A program made the position numbers and the translations under genes. Below the pieces are notes generated by a model. That model saw nothing but the letters and a program-made list of their open reading frames with translations, did no database searches and had not been told where the DNA came from. From Callorhinchus milii (Eukaryota): 64,000 nt of DNA. The stretch spans positions 17,548,001 to 17,612,000 of the forward strand of contig NW_024704742.1 in NCBI RefSeq assembly GCF_018977255.1, in the 5' to 3' direction. Shown piece by piece: positions 1 to 13,063 of this stretch (position 1 is the first letter of the stretch; the number at the start of each line of letters is the position of its first letter).

Positions 1-85
1 ACTTCCAGGTTTGTTCGTGTTGTCTGTCCCTGCAGGGCTGCTGGAGACCACTAAATCCTCCCCCTTTATTAATAAACCTTTTGGT

Positions 86-457
86 GGAGTCCTGTGTTGT
101 ATTGTTTAGAGCACTTGCCTCACAAGCGAGAGGACCTGGGTTTGATTTCCGGCAGATTGAATCATTGGGCAGGTTTCCTTACTCCACACTCCTCTGTTTA
201 CCTAGCAGTAAGCAGGAACTTGGTTTTTAGTCAATTGGCGGATTGCTTTTCCTGGGGTAATAATCACTTCAAAAAATAATAATAATAATTTGGTCACTCA
301 ATCCAAGACTGTTTGTGGGACACTGCTGTGCGCAATTAGCAGCCGCTTTGCACCCACAAAGTATACAGTCAATTCACTTTACAGTATAATCTGTCATGCG
401 CTTTGAGACGTCTCAAAGACATGATAAGGCGCTATGTCAAATGAAGGATTATTATTA
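86..457 (+). mobile_element. tRNA(Ala-like)-derived SINE, family A, long form
   Basis: GGAGTCCTGT head with degenerate A/B boxes, body shared with other copies (gactgtttgtgggacactgctgtgcgcaatt), L2-like tail ending in (TTA)n. Confidence 0.9.
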
Positions 458-1018
458 GGTTATCATTACTTAATCCGTGAACCCAATCTGCCTCCGCGAG
501 TGTTCAGTACCTCCTTCGCTAGGTGGTCCGTCACGCACAGTCCAATTTACAATAATTACATGCACACAAAAAAGTGCGAGGCTCAATTAAATGTTATATC
601 CTGCGGGTTGAGATAATAATTGTCTGAAATTTGTCGTTATTGAAATTTGTTGGAAACAGGAGTTATCTTAAGACGCCGCCTTCTCCTATGCCACTTACAT
701 TACATTTGAGGAGCAGTAATTATACCCATTAGAGTGGCCGGCTGGCTTTGCTATTTAAAGAGCATTGGGTCCTCACGATAAATCAGTGCTGAGTGCTTGA
801 GGCAGAGTCTCAATTCCAAACTGTTTTCTATTCCTTGTCATTCCCAATTGGATATTTCCTGGACCCCGGCCATAGGGAAAACTCTTATTCCTAGACGACA
901 GCCCTTTAGGCAACACTACAGTGAACTGCAAGAAATTGAAAGAGAAGGAATGAAGTGAAATTTGTTCTTTAACCCATTCATTGTCTTAATTAGCACATGG
1001 AGCAGTTTAAGGAACATT

Positions 1019-1412
1019 GGAAATTTGTTCCTTATTTATCACTCTTCTCACTCACCTTAGTGATGAGGTGCTACATTCGGTATTTAATCTACACAGCTCC
1101 TCCTCCAGATCAGCTAGCTGTCAGCCGCACAGGAAACCGACTGTAAAGTCAATTTCCAGATCTGGGTTGTGGGAATGCCAATCAAACTCCATTTTAGGAG
1201 TGTAAACCCAATGTTTAACTTTTTATATGGAGCTGGAACCGGCATTTCTGGGTTAGGAAAGTGACTTTAGGTTTTCTGTGTGTATCTTCTACATTGGGCT
1301 GCTGGCAGCTATCTGGATCAGCAGCTGTGACGATCAAAGGCTGAGGGCAAAGCCTCATTACTGAGGTAAGTCAGGGGGCTTAACAGAAAATCTAATTGGG
1401 GAATTCATTTGC
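1019..1412. mobile_element. Long imperfect fold-back (MITE-like) element
   Basis: Nested inverted matches: ctcaccttagtgatgagg (1051) / cctcattactgaggtaag (1353), cacagct/agctgtg, taaagtcaatttcc/ggaaagtgacttta, aatgcc/ggcatt, ctccat/atggag. Confidence 0.7.
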
Positions 1413-2216
1413 GGTATTCCTTAATGCTTGCCTTGTGCTAATCAAAATGAGTAACGGGTTAAGGGATACTCCAGTTTTCTCCTGTTTCCTGGAGCTTAGT
1501 TCCTTGGGCTTTTCAATCTGTGGACTTCATCCTAAAATGCTGAGATCACTATGTTCCCTTTCATCTACACTAAATGCAGTTAAGCACAATTACTATGCTG
1601 AACCTCCAAACACATCCATTCCCTTGAATATTGGTAAAACAAGTGAAATCCATTGATCGTTCAGTCAGTAATGGAGAAATGTCTTGTCTGGTGCATCAGA
1701 CTGGGAGAGTCAATTATTTTAAGGCCATGAAAGGCTTTCATGCATTTGATATTTTTTCCATATCACAACAAGTTACTGGTTTTGAACATCTTTTTCAGAA
1801 GCTTTTCGGCGATGCAAGTGATCGACTGAGAAGAGATGCAGTGGCAAAGTCAATGTTACATTCATTACTGATACTTATTGGCGTGTTATGTTTAGGGCTT
1901 TCAGTGGCAAAAAAAGTTACGCTAAAGTAGGACCCTAGCAAATGGGCGTATTTATTTCTGTTATTCTAATATTGAGCTCCCATTGCAGCCCATTTCCCAT
2001 CTGGGCTCTCTTTTGGGGACTTACTAGAGACCACTTTATTATGCAACATACATCATGACTTTGCATGTGCTTCAGCACCTTGGGACGTCTTTCCGATGTA
2101 GTCAATCTCCCTATTAGATTGACTACAAGTAAATTGGGTTGGTTCAATGTTTGTTTTAGGTTTCTTAATCAAGAACTACCACAAGTTAGATCCAGCAAGG
2201 CCAATGTGCCACCTCA

Positions 2217-2377
2217 TAATCCAAAACTGTTTGTGGGACGCTGCTGTACACAGTTGGCTGCTGTGATTCACCACAAAATATACAGTTAATTCACTTTACA
2301 GTATAATCTGTGAAGCATTTTGAGATATCTCGAAGACATGATCAGGCGCTATATCAAATCCAAGGATTATTATTATA
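2217..2377 (+). mobile_element. SINE family A, 3' half
   Basis: Matches the body and tail of the full copies; ends caaggattattattat. Confidence 0.85.
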
Positions 2378-3262
2378 AGCTGTAAACCAAAATATCATTT
2401 CTCCTCTCCACCCCCAGCCCCCTCAATGTTAACCCTTTTTCCTTGGAAATCATCACTTAGCTTGGAATTTAGTTCACTGGGCACTGGGGGTCTAAGGGAT
2501 CTTGACCAAGGTGATGGCATGCTTTTGTGTGTATACGGTGTGGGAGTGATTCTCCAATAGTTACTGACCTTGGCCAGTGAGGGAACCTTATTATCCTCTT
2601 GCCTTATAAATTTACCAATGACAGGAGGATCATTCCTATATTCTTACAATTAGATTTGATTTTGGGTTGCAAATAAATACTGGATTTGGAGGGAAGTTGA
2701 ATGCTTTATTTTGGCAAATGTATTGGGATTAGGTGGAGTTTATCAAATCTGATGCTCTTTTCTCCACACTCGATTAGTGGGGTATTCATGGAATGCGTTT
2801 GAAGCAGACTGTCACAAGTTGGGTACTGGAGCATAAGAACAGACTGTCAACTCTCTGACAGACATTTGTCCATTCCAGCCAGGAGGCCACTAAAGAAAAG
2901 CTTGTCCTGGAAACATACAGATCACACTGATGTAACTGGGTGTTCTTCGGAAGTTGAGATTGGAAGCACAATGAAATGAATTTTGGTGCTCGAAGCGACA
3001 GGCAGTAATCTTACTTTGTAGTGATTTTTACAAGCCATATCAAAATCAGCGAGGGGCAGATTTCTGATCTCCTATTATACTAGCAGTGTCCCTGAAGGGA
3101 TCAGGGATAAAAAAAAGGCCGACTTATCAAGGTGTTGTTCAGCCTAAATACTGGTCTGTCACCTGATGTGTTAGGTTTTAGTTCTTAAGGCACTTATACA
3201 ACAGAGGTGGGACTATTAATAGACTGACTACATATTCAGGATTGATGCTTTTTTTAAGGACA

Positions 3263-3420
3263 GTAGAATCTTACAGCACAGAAGGAGGCAATTCTGTCCA
3301 TCGTGCCTATGCTAATTCTTTGAAAGAACTATCCAATTATCCCCTGCCTTTTACCCATAGCTTTGCAACTTTTCAAGCATTTATCCAATTCCTTTTTAAA
3401 AGTTATTGTTGAAACTTCTT
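3263..3420 (-). mobile_element. CR1 LINE 3' end fragment
   Basis: Reverse complement of the CR1 3' end at 46880-46966 (tagaatcttacagcacagaaggaggc…ctttgaaagaactatccaat). Confidence 0.75.
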
Positions 3421-3889
3421 CCTTTTGATGGTACATGTGGTTTTCTCCACTACTTTCCATTTTACATCAAGTTTTTATATAGGTATTTAATTTGAACAGT
3501 TCAAATTCAGAACATTCAGAACGGGGTGGGAGGTATAAGGCCTGACTCTGTGTAACATATTCAATGTGGACAGTTGTCAAGATGTCTCAAACGGCCTCAC
3601 AGGATTTTACTGTGAAGTGTAGTGGCTATCTATTTTATATGTATTTTGAAGATATTAAAGATATTTCATATACTGATTACTTGTGGTGATATAACACATT
3701 GGTGTTGTTCCATCCCCCATCCTCTAAATTCAAGATTCTCATCCTCACTTTCAAGTGTTTCCATGGCCTTACCATACCCTACCTCTGTGACCGTCTGTGA
3801 TCCTACTGCCCTACACACTGGAGGAGCCTGAGGAGCACTGGAAAGGAAACTCAAGAAAAGGCATAAATCATGTCCCCTCCATTTTTCTC

Positions 3890-4110
3890 CCCTTATTTCC
3901 TGAAGGCACTAGGATTTGGTTCCATTAGTGCAGGGTACCTTCTGGTTTCTCACTTATATGGTGAGCCTACACCACAGTGAGTTTGTTAGGAGGCATTGCA
4001 ACCGAGCTTGATCCTATCCATACTTAATGTCAAAGTACACACTTTCATAGTAGTCAGGAGAGGGAATTTTGCCTGATTTATCTTCTCCCTAATGAAGCCA
4101 ATTCCATCTC
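3890..4110 (-). mobile_element. Old diverged SINE, family D (possibly AmnSINE2/MamSINE1-like)
   Basis: Reverse-strand similarity to 37000-37320 and 61605-61780; the family name is from memory and tentative. Confidence 0.45.
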
Positions 4111-4674
4111 CCCTTACTTCCCTTATAATACAAAAAAGTAAATAAACAGGCACAAGATAAGATGTTGGCTGAGACTAAACAGAGCTATAACTAATGGGAA
4201 TGTCTTTGTAGTGTTTGCTCACCGAGTAGCCTTGAGCATTTGTTCCCTCCTTCAGCGGTGTTGCAAACCCATTAGTTTTGTACTTTGAAACCTCAAAGCA
4301 GCGTCTCCGCATTCTCTGGCTTTGACTTCAGACCAGAACACTGCTGCAGGGACACTTTTATTTTCTCTGACTTTTGCCGTACATCTTGTCATATATCTGA
4401 ACATTTACCGTTAACTGTAGAAGCATGAGACACTTCCAGTCTTCCTGGTTCTACAGCTGTTCCTGGACTTTGAAGTAAAAATCGCAGGCTACTTGGAAAA
4501 TAAGAGGGATACCAAAATAAAAAGGAAGTTTTCCATATCCATTTATGATGTGAAATGCGAGCACTTTTGAATCGGTCTGAATAAAATGTTCTGGAAGTTG
4601 AATGTTTTTCAGTAACACAATATTTGGCAAGATGTGAAGCTAGTTTCATGGTTTCTGTTCTTTTTCTGGGGTAG

Positions 4675-4835
4675 GGTGTCTGTTTGGTTCAGTTAGTGGC
4701 GCTCTCACTTCAAGGCCAGCGGCTTGTGGGTTCAAACCCCACATTGGAGTTTTAATCTCACAATCAAAGTTGACACTCCAGTGCAGTGCTGGAGGAGGAC
4801 TGTAATTTCAGTCTTTTGGATGACACAATAAACCA
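4675..4835 (+). mobile_element. SINE family B (SacSINE1/DeuSINE-like), 5' part
   Basis: tRNA-like head (ggttcagttagtggcgctctc…tgtgggttcaaacccc) followed by tgacactccagtgcagtgctg, as at 58383. Confidence 0.7.
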
Positions 4836-6452
4836 AAAACTGCAGAAAGTCACTCCATCGACCTGGGGTGGGGGGGAGAGTGGTTTCATTTTGGTCTATT
4901 TATTTCTATTCTATTATTTGTATCTATTTTCTCTATTGATTTGTACCTTTAAACTTGTGAAATATTGAAACCAAAGGATTAAAAAATTACAATAATGTGA
5001 TAATTGACACTGATGTGAATTATCACATTGTTGTAAACTGTGGCCAGTGTTAATTAAAGGCATTGACGGCTCTCCAACTTCAATATGGTTGGACCCAAAG
5101 CTGACCGTGTTGTCAATTGAACTATTAACTCCCGGTTAGCACTATAGTGACTTAAACTCTGACCTCCTGGTTGAGTTAAGATAGTGTCCCACAAAGTGGA
5201 ACTCCCTTATTGGGATTCCTGAGCTGGCAGAACAGAAGACCATATTGAGGTGAAAAACCTAATAAACCAGTGGTGAGTTATCAAGAATCATGTGGAGAAC
5301 AATATCAAAGATATTTTAAGTTAAGCAGCGAGTGAATAAGAGAAGTGTCCAGTCCTGGCTCCAGCGACAAAGTGGCTATGACTCCAGTCTGGCTACAGCT
5401 CAGACCCAGGAGTCATTTATTTCTTTGGCCCAATGTCCATACTAGCAGCAGGAGCAGATTACTATGGTCAAGGTAACCTGATGGTCTGCTCTAAATACTG
5501 TAGGTGATACATGTAACATGCCACAGGGCTGGCTAGCTCATTTTGTTTTCCTAAAGGTCACTGAAACAGCTGGTCACACAAAAAAAATTACGCCTGAGTG
5601 GCGGATGTGATAGAGTGTTATCGCGTAGAGGTATAGAGGTTGTCAAGCAACCTGATGGAGTGCATCAGTTGTAAGGGATCCGATTTCTTCAACATGCAAG
5701 TGTTGTGCAGTGTGCAGAAAGTGACCCGAATGATTATGGTGCAATAGTCAAGGGTCAGCACAGGGCTCTAACCCTCTTAAACATTCCTCAATACCACGTT
5801 TGTTTGACTGGGAAAACCAAAGGTAAGGTTTACTTGAAACCATGGCTTTTTTCATTCAGTTTATTATAGCTAATCGGCAGCCTGATACCATTATCTGAGA
5901 AGTAGGAATCGCATGTTTAAATTGTCTGGATCAGGGGGTGGTGGAGGGGAGCATCCATAACTCCTGGGGACTAGTCAGTGTGTTAAATATCATAAGGTCA
6001 CTAAATCGAGTGGTATGTGTTAGCCACTTAGGTGTAAATTAACATATCGCAACATCACAAGATTTACTGCCAAGTGCGATTGGCAAGTGTGGCACAGAGG
6101 GAGCGGAGTGAAAGTCTGTCGAGGACTTGTACCCGTATGTGACTGGAATGAGACCAATAAACATTAATTTCAATGATGTGGTGGTACCTTCAAAAACAAC
6201 AGCACTAATATAGTGCTCCTCACATAGGGTAGCATCCCAGAGCACTTCAATGACTATCATAGACACAGGAGTCTCTTGTCCACCTGGATTCAAACACATA
6301 CTCCAAAGGATAATGGTCATGAGTCTAATCCATTGACTCAACTAGTTTCCCCAAAACCAAAGTGTTGAGGCAATGAGCAACATTAATACGAGTGAAATGT
6401 ATATGTATCAGCCTGGTAGCACTCTCCCCTCCAAGTCAGAAGGTTGTCACCT

Positions 6453-6850
6453 CAGTGCTTGCCAGGCTCCACTGGCTCCCTATTGCAGAAAGGATCAATT
6501 CCAAGATACTCACATTCACTTACATTGTGGCAAGCCATACCTCACTGACCTGCTCATCCCCACTCATCTACCCGCCCCTTTGCTCAGCCAGTTCCAGCTT
6601 TCTTCAAGTTCTTTGTCCCCTTTGCTCCACCAACAGAAGCCGTGCTTTTAGACTCTACGAAACTATGGAACGCTCTGCCTCCATCCCTCTGCCTTGCCTC
6701 CTCCTTGCACATCTTCAGATCACACTTGAAGACCTTCCTGTTCAACTCTGCCTACGGTGACCTCTCTCCTCCTCGGTGTCAAACTCTGCCACTGTTAAAT
6801 GCTCTGAGACACTACCCCATGTGAACACTGTAAGTTATTGTTGTTGTTGG
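6453..6850 (+). mobile_element. L2 LINE 3' fragment
   Basis: Encodes VLARLHWLPIAERINSKIL and KLWNALPPSL…FRSHLKTFLF (L2 ORF2 C-terminus); (TTG)n tail. Confidence 0.85.
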
Positions 6851-6864
6851 GGGTTCAAGCATCA

Positions 6865-7090
6865 TAATAATAATAATAATAATCCTTGCATTTGATATAG
6901 AGCTTTTCACGTCGGGAGGACGTCCCAAAGCGCTTGTCAGCAACTTTGAGCTCACAGTCTAGGTTGACACACCAATGCAATGCTGGGAGACAACTGCATT
7001 GTTCTAGATACCATCCTTCGGATGAAACATTAAACCAAGGTTTGTCTGCCTGTTCAAGTGGACAATAAAGATCCCATGGCACTTCTTAAT
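6865..7090 (-). mobile_element. SINE tail plus family B central domain
   Basis: (TAA)n followed by ccttgcatttgatatag, then gatgaaacattaaaccaagg…aaagatcccatggcact (this part reads in the + sense); composite of two pieces. Confidence 0.65.
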
Positions 7091-7101
7091 GAAAGTTTCT
7101 T

Positions 7102-7477
7102 CTGACATCCTGACCAACAATCCCCTAGATGGACATTGCTCTGGCTCCGGTCTGCTCCACATCCCCCACCCTAACCGCCCTACCATTAGTGGCTGGGCTT
7201 TCAGCCTCTCAGCCCCTAGGCTCTGGAACTCCATCCCCCAGTGCCTTCGCCTTGCCTCCTCCCTTTCCTCCTTCAAGGCTGGTCTCAAGACCTTTCTCTT
7301 CAACCGTGCCTTCAGCTCCCCTCTCGACTCTCTACCCCCTCCTCGCTCCCTCTCTTCCCTTCCCTTACCCTGACCATTTCCCCCTGCTCGGGTCCCGACC
7401 CAACTGTCCAGCGCCTTGGGACGTCCTCCTGACGTGAAAGGCGCTCTATAAATGCAATCTTGTTGTTGTTGTTGTTG
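7102..7477 (+). mobile_element. L2 LINE 3' fragment with intact 3' end
   Basis: AFSLSAPRLWNSIPQCLRLASSLSSFKAGLKTFLF, then ccagcgccttgggacgtcctcctgacgtgaaaggcgc and (TTG)n. Confidence 0.9.
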
Positions 7478-9049
7478 CGGTGCATAAAATTGGCTCCCGT
7501 GTTCACTTCATCTGCATAGTGTCTACACGTTAATGTGAAGCTTATTGAGACATTTCAAAGGCTAGGATTATTATTATTATAAACTCACAATTCTCTCAGG
7601 AGAGGAAAGCTATCGTGTATCAATCGGTTTGGTTTTGTGGACGTAGTGTGTTCAAAGTGAAACGTGTAATTGATCCTAAAAAGTGGGGAGGACAGCTGTG
7701 TCCAATGACCCAGTGCCTCGTGGCCGTATAGTAAAAAATCTCTCTTGAATCCATCTATTCAGGAAGTGTTCTAGAATTTTTTTGAGGACAAGCTCTGTCT
7801 GTCCATGAGGGTATAGTCGAGTTGCTCATTTTCATTGCTTGTTTTCAATGTCTCCGTTAGAAAGGAAGCTCTCCCTGGCAATCAGAAAACTGTTTAATCA
7901 CTTTGCCAAATGCATGTGATGTTCATTACTGCCAACTGTATTGGTCTCATTGATCCTCACACAAGAGGAGTGCAGGCTGAAGGGAAGCTGGAACCCTGGG
8001 GGCAGTAAACAACGGCTCTGTGAGGAAGGAATTCAGCCGCTTAATCAGTGGAGCTGAGCAAGTTCAAAGACAATGCACATCAGTCACAATGGAAATCGGG
8101 CTTTTCTGAGACATTTGGCTCTTTTGCACGGCTGGTACCATGACATCACTGAACCTGGCCCAGGACCAAATGTTGAGCTCTGGATCTGTTATAAGAACTT
8201 CCTATTTGTATTTAAATGGAAAATTTGGTAACTGGAGAATTCGCCCCTTGTCTTCAATAAGCCGTTCAACAAGAACAACACTTAGTTTTAAACCACGCAG
8301 CTCAACTGGCTAAATACACGGCACTCACTGCTTAAATGTGACTACCCCTGGTGGGTCCCTGCATGTCACAAGACCTCCCTATCTTGCCCTCCCCTCTGCC
8401 AGTTCCTGTAGCAGTCACTACCTCAGCGCCACCTGCTCAGCTTTGGTATTTCATCTGAACCTTTACCATCTGGGCCCCATCGCTCCCACTTTCAGAGCAT
8501 TTGGATTGATGGCATTATTTCTGCCATCATAAAAGTGTTCTATTACTCTATTGGGATTATTCCTCAGTTCTTCAGTGTCCTCTCACCTAACACCCATTAT
8601 CCTCCTTGCACATTTACCTGCAAATGCATTCAGCCTGTTCTTGTCAACCTCCAGCAGCTCTGAACACCATGGAAGTAACTGCGCATCCTATTACCTACCT
8701 CTCTCACTTTTGCCCGGCCTTTCATAGTTATAAACACCTAAGAAGAGTAGCTTGATCCTTCACCTCTTTTACATCCCCCTTGGCTTGACATTCATCTTCT
8801 GAGGAATAAAAAACACATTTCCGCCTTCTCACCATCGACATTCACTTTCCACAGTCTTCCTTCATCGTTCTGTGGTGCTCTTCGCTGGAGGAGGGGAAGG
8901 GTTGCTGGAGGGGAAGTGGGTGCGTAGGGAGTGCACCTATTAGTCTTGGGATTGAAGACTCCCAAACACAGCTCTGACACAGTAAGGGTGAGAATTGCAA
9001 GTGTTGATGTGTTATTTAATACAGCCTGTATAAAATTAAAAACAAAACG

Positions 9050-9421
9050 ATAATAATCTTTGCATTTGGTATAGTTGCTTTTGCTTCGGGAGGACGTCTT
9101 AAACGTTTCACCGCCCAGCTGCCCACAGCACTGTCCCACAAACAGCCATGAAACAAATGACCAATTTTATTTGGGGGATTGTTAGCCAGCACAGCAGGAG
9201 AAACAGTCTTCCTTCTTCAAGTACTGCCATGGGATCTTTGGTGTCCTCCTGAACAGGCCTCAGTTTAATGTCTTATCTGAAGGATAGAACCTCAGACAAT
9301 GCATCATCCCCAGCCCTACATTGGAGTGTTAACCTACACTATGTGAGTTCAACTTCCAATGTGGTGCTTGAACCCACCACATTTGACTCAGAGATTAGAG
9401 TGCACTGAGCCAGCTGTGACA
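9050..9421 (-). mobile_element. SINE family B, near full length
   Basis: Tail, central tgccatgggatcttt…tttaatgtcttatctgaagga and head (cttgaacccacc…actgagccag) in reverse order. Confidence 0.8.
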
Positions 9422-9959
9422 GTCAAGGACGTAGACTGGTCTGCAGGTGTGACCCTCCCTATAATTATATTCTTTAGTGGATACCGGCTGGGATACACCA
9501 GCTTAACTCTGATTTTAATGTTGAATTTAGTCGGTATCCTGCTCACCAATATTTCAATGCCACACTGATGTACAAGCAGGCAAGCCCAGTGGTGTTAATG
9601 TACCTGCCACAGGTTACAGTTTTCATCCTAATATTCTTCTATGCTGGACTATTCAGCAGCAGAGATAAAGTGTATCAGAAGACAGTGGAATCAAAATATA
9701 TAGTTTGTACCCTAGAAATGGCACAGTTCAACAGTCCCCAGAGGCTACTGACCTTTTTTAAACACTGATACACAGTCACAATCAATAAACCTTGCTGTAG
9801 GTCGAGACTAAAGTGACTTTATGACATTCAAAACTGAGGTTGTCAAGAAAAAGACTGAATCTGTCTGACTGTGCTAGTGAACCATGCATATTTACATAAT
9901 TTACCGTGGTTGGTTAGCTGTAGCTGAAATGTTTACTCTAGTAATAAGTAATAGTAATT

Positions 9960-10358
9960 TCGCCCACAAAATATAGTCAATCTAATTTATAATATATTAT
10001 AATAATAATAATCCTTGCATTTGATATAGCGCTTTTCACATCAGGAGGATGTCCCAAAGCGCTTCACAGAACACACTGTAAAGTGAATTGACTGTATATT
10101 TGTGGGCAAACGCGGCAGCCAATTGCGCACAGCAATGTCCCACAAACAGTCGTAGATTAAAAATGACCAATTTAATTAATTTAATTAATATTCTGCGAAG
10201 CGTTTTGAGATATCTCAACAACATGATAAGGCTCTATATCAAATGCAAGGATTATCATTATTATTTCAAATAGTGCCTTATCATGTTGTTGTGACGTCTA
10301 AAAGTGCTTCTCAAAATATATTGTAAAGTGAATTGACTGTGTATTTTGTGGACGAAAC
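9960..10358. mobile_element. Cluster of SINE family A 3' fragments in alternating orientation
   Basis: Minus fragment ~9998-10175, plus tail ~10190-10264, minus tail ~10270-10355. Confidence 0.8.
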
Positions 10359-10453
10359 TATAAAGTGTTCAGTGAAAATGTGCCTTTATTTTTTGGGGGG
10401 TGTGGGGCGAGCTGGGAGGGGTGGGAGACTGAAAGGTCTCATACAGGCATTGT

Positions 10454-10800
10454 AGAGTCCTGTAACACAGTAGTTAGAGCACTCACCTCGTAAGGGAGAG
10501 GACCTGGGTATGTTTCCTTACTCCACACGCCTCTGTTTACCTAGCAGTAAATAGGAACCTGTTTTTTAGTCGATTGGCGGATCGCTTTTGTGGATGGTAA
10601 TAATCTCTCCAAAAAAGTTCAAAAAATAATAATAATAATTTGGTCAACCAATCCACGACTGGTTGTAGGACACTGCTGTGCGCAATTGGCTGCCACAAAA
10701 CATACAGTCAATTCACTTTACAGTATATTCTGTGAAGAGCTTTGAGCCGTCTAGAAGACGTGATAAGGCGCTATATCAAATGCAAGGATTATTATTATTA
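10454..10800 (+). mobile_element. SINE family A, long form
   Basis: gagtcctgta head, ctgtttacctagcagtaa segment, (TTA)n tail. Confidence 0.9.
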
Positions 10801-11109
10801 TCACTAGTGGCAATGAATTCTAAATTTAGAGACTTATTCTGTCAAATATGCTGCCACTAATTGTTGGCCTGCCAAACCTATACTAGTGCTAATTTCTTGA
10901 ATATATCAGTACGTAATACAGTACTTGCTTACTATGCAAATTGGGCTGCTATGGAGGGAATTTATTTTTTGTTGTGTGTGGCAGGGATTCAGCATTGTAA
11001 TTTAAACGGGACACCTTTTACACACAAATCCCATTACTCTGCTCTTTCCCCATACCCTCTTATATTGTTTTTCTTCACGTACTTATCCTTAGTGTAACTG
11101 CGCATTAAA

Positions 11110-11340
11110 TAAAATAATCTTTGCATTTGCAGCACCTTATTACATTGAAACGTTTCACAGAGTTTTTCCATATAGTATTATGACAATTTACACTCTTTAA
11201 TACGAACATCCATAAAGTGAACAAATGTTTTTATCTGGAGGATTGTTGGCCAGGACAACGGGAGAAATTCACTTCTCTTTTCAATTAGTGCCTTAGGGTC
11301 TTCTAACGTCCACCTGAACAGGCAGATGGGACCTCGTATC
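11110..11340 (-). mobile_element. SINE family B fragment
   Basis: ttgttggccaggacaacgggagaa…taacgtccacctgaacaggcagatgggacctcg central domain. Confidence 0.7.
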
Positions 11341-12735
11341 CCTATCTTTGTTAAAAAAGATGTTTTAAAGTGGTACTTGAGCATTTTGACACTGGCCATG
11401 ATGTGTATTAGCAGCTTAGTATTATGTTTGATTTAATGTTGGTTACCAAGAATTGTGGAAATGCATAGTGGGAGGATATCCTGTTTGGAGGTGATAAGAG
11501 AATTTTTGGCAGTATCTGCATTAAACAGCAGATGTTCACATCTCTGCTCTAACCACAATGTTGTCCCCATTCCCACTTGGTACTTTACTGCTGACAGTAA
11601 ATGAATACAATAAAATTAAGACGATAAATCAAAAAACAGGCTGGAGAAATAATATTAATATGCTCAGCTAACAAGAATTAATTCCTTTGACCTCTGTCAG
11701 TCATCACCAGTTTGTGGCGCCCTGCGGTATTTTTAACTAGAGCTGCCTTAAAGACAAGAACAAGATGGACTGACTTCAGCACTCTGTATATTAGATGGTA
11801 AAATGGAGGGCGTCAATCTTGAGAACTATCAATTTTCCAAACAATTCAGAAAGTATTGGAAAGGATTGTTGTAGGGTGAGTGAGATTGAAGCACTGAAGG
11901 AGGCATTTTGACCCATCAAGAGTTTTGCTCGCTCCTCCACTGAAATTATTTACAGTAATCCCAATGCTGTTTCCCTGCACTCTTTTATACACCAACCAAT
12001 TTCCTGGGTATAGTAAGCAGAGGAGAATCAGTGTAGCATGTACAGTAGTGGGGAGGGGGTGGGCAAAAAATGAAGGGAGATCACACCAGCCTTATTAACT
12101 GTACCAAGTGAATGCAAGAGTCTGGAAAGGCCTGGAAAATATTGTCCGGAGGGAGAAAAGAGAGTGAGACTGAAAGGGCAGTAAGCCACAGTTGAATTGG
12201 GCCTTGCTATGCATGAGCTGGCATCCAGCTTCTTGAAGGAATAACATGGATTTGCAGCTAAAATATTACTGTATAATTGCCAGTGGTTGCTCTATGCTGT
12301 AAGGACAGCATGTGACAGCAGCTGAGCACCTGCCGCCAGATTTGTACAGCCATGTTGAGAGAGGGAGGAATTAGGTTGACAGTATTCTTTCTGGTATATA
12401 AAGGTCACTCATAGTTCAGTTATTTACATTTATCCCTTCATTATTAGCTTTAGAGGTTTCCCCTCAGGCGTATTGGACTGAGAGTTGCTTGTGACTAAAT
12501 GGTTTAGAATGTTAATGACCCTCTCTAAAGAAGATCACCACTGTTTTCCCCTTATATACACCGTAGTTCAATCACTTTACAAACTGACCTAAATTTAATT
12601 ATTTTATATACCCTACCATTATGTTTTATTATATCCCCCAGGGGCAGTTTTTGCATGCTGTATTGTGGTTGGATTCTGGTGGAGGATATGAAACAATGAA
12701 GCTGGATTTAAAGTATCTAAACTGTGAAATACTGT

Positions 12736-13063
12736 GGAGTCCTGTAGCTCAGTGGTTAGAGTACTCGCCTTCCAAGCGAGACACCAGGGTTCAATTCCTG
12801 GCAGGGCGAAACCTTGGGCAAGTTTCCTTACTCTACACGCCTAATAATAATCCCTCCAAAACAAAAAACAATAATAAATTGGTCATTTTCAATCCACGAC
12901 TGTTTGTGGGACACTGCTGTGCGCCATTGGCTGCCGCGTTTCGCCCACAAATATACGGTCAATTCACTTTACAGTCTATTCTGTGAAGCGCTTGAGATGT
13001 CGAGAAGACATGAAAAGCGCTATATCAATTTCAAGGATTATTATTATTTATTTATTATTATTA
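12736..13063 (+). mobile_element. SINE family A, short (internally deleted) form
   Basis: GGAGTCCTGTAGCTCAGTGGTTAGAG A-box and GGTTCAATTCC B-box; lacks the ctgtttacctagcag segment. Confidence 0.92.
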
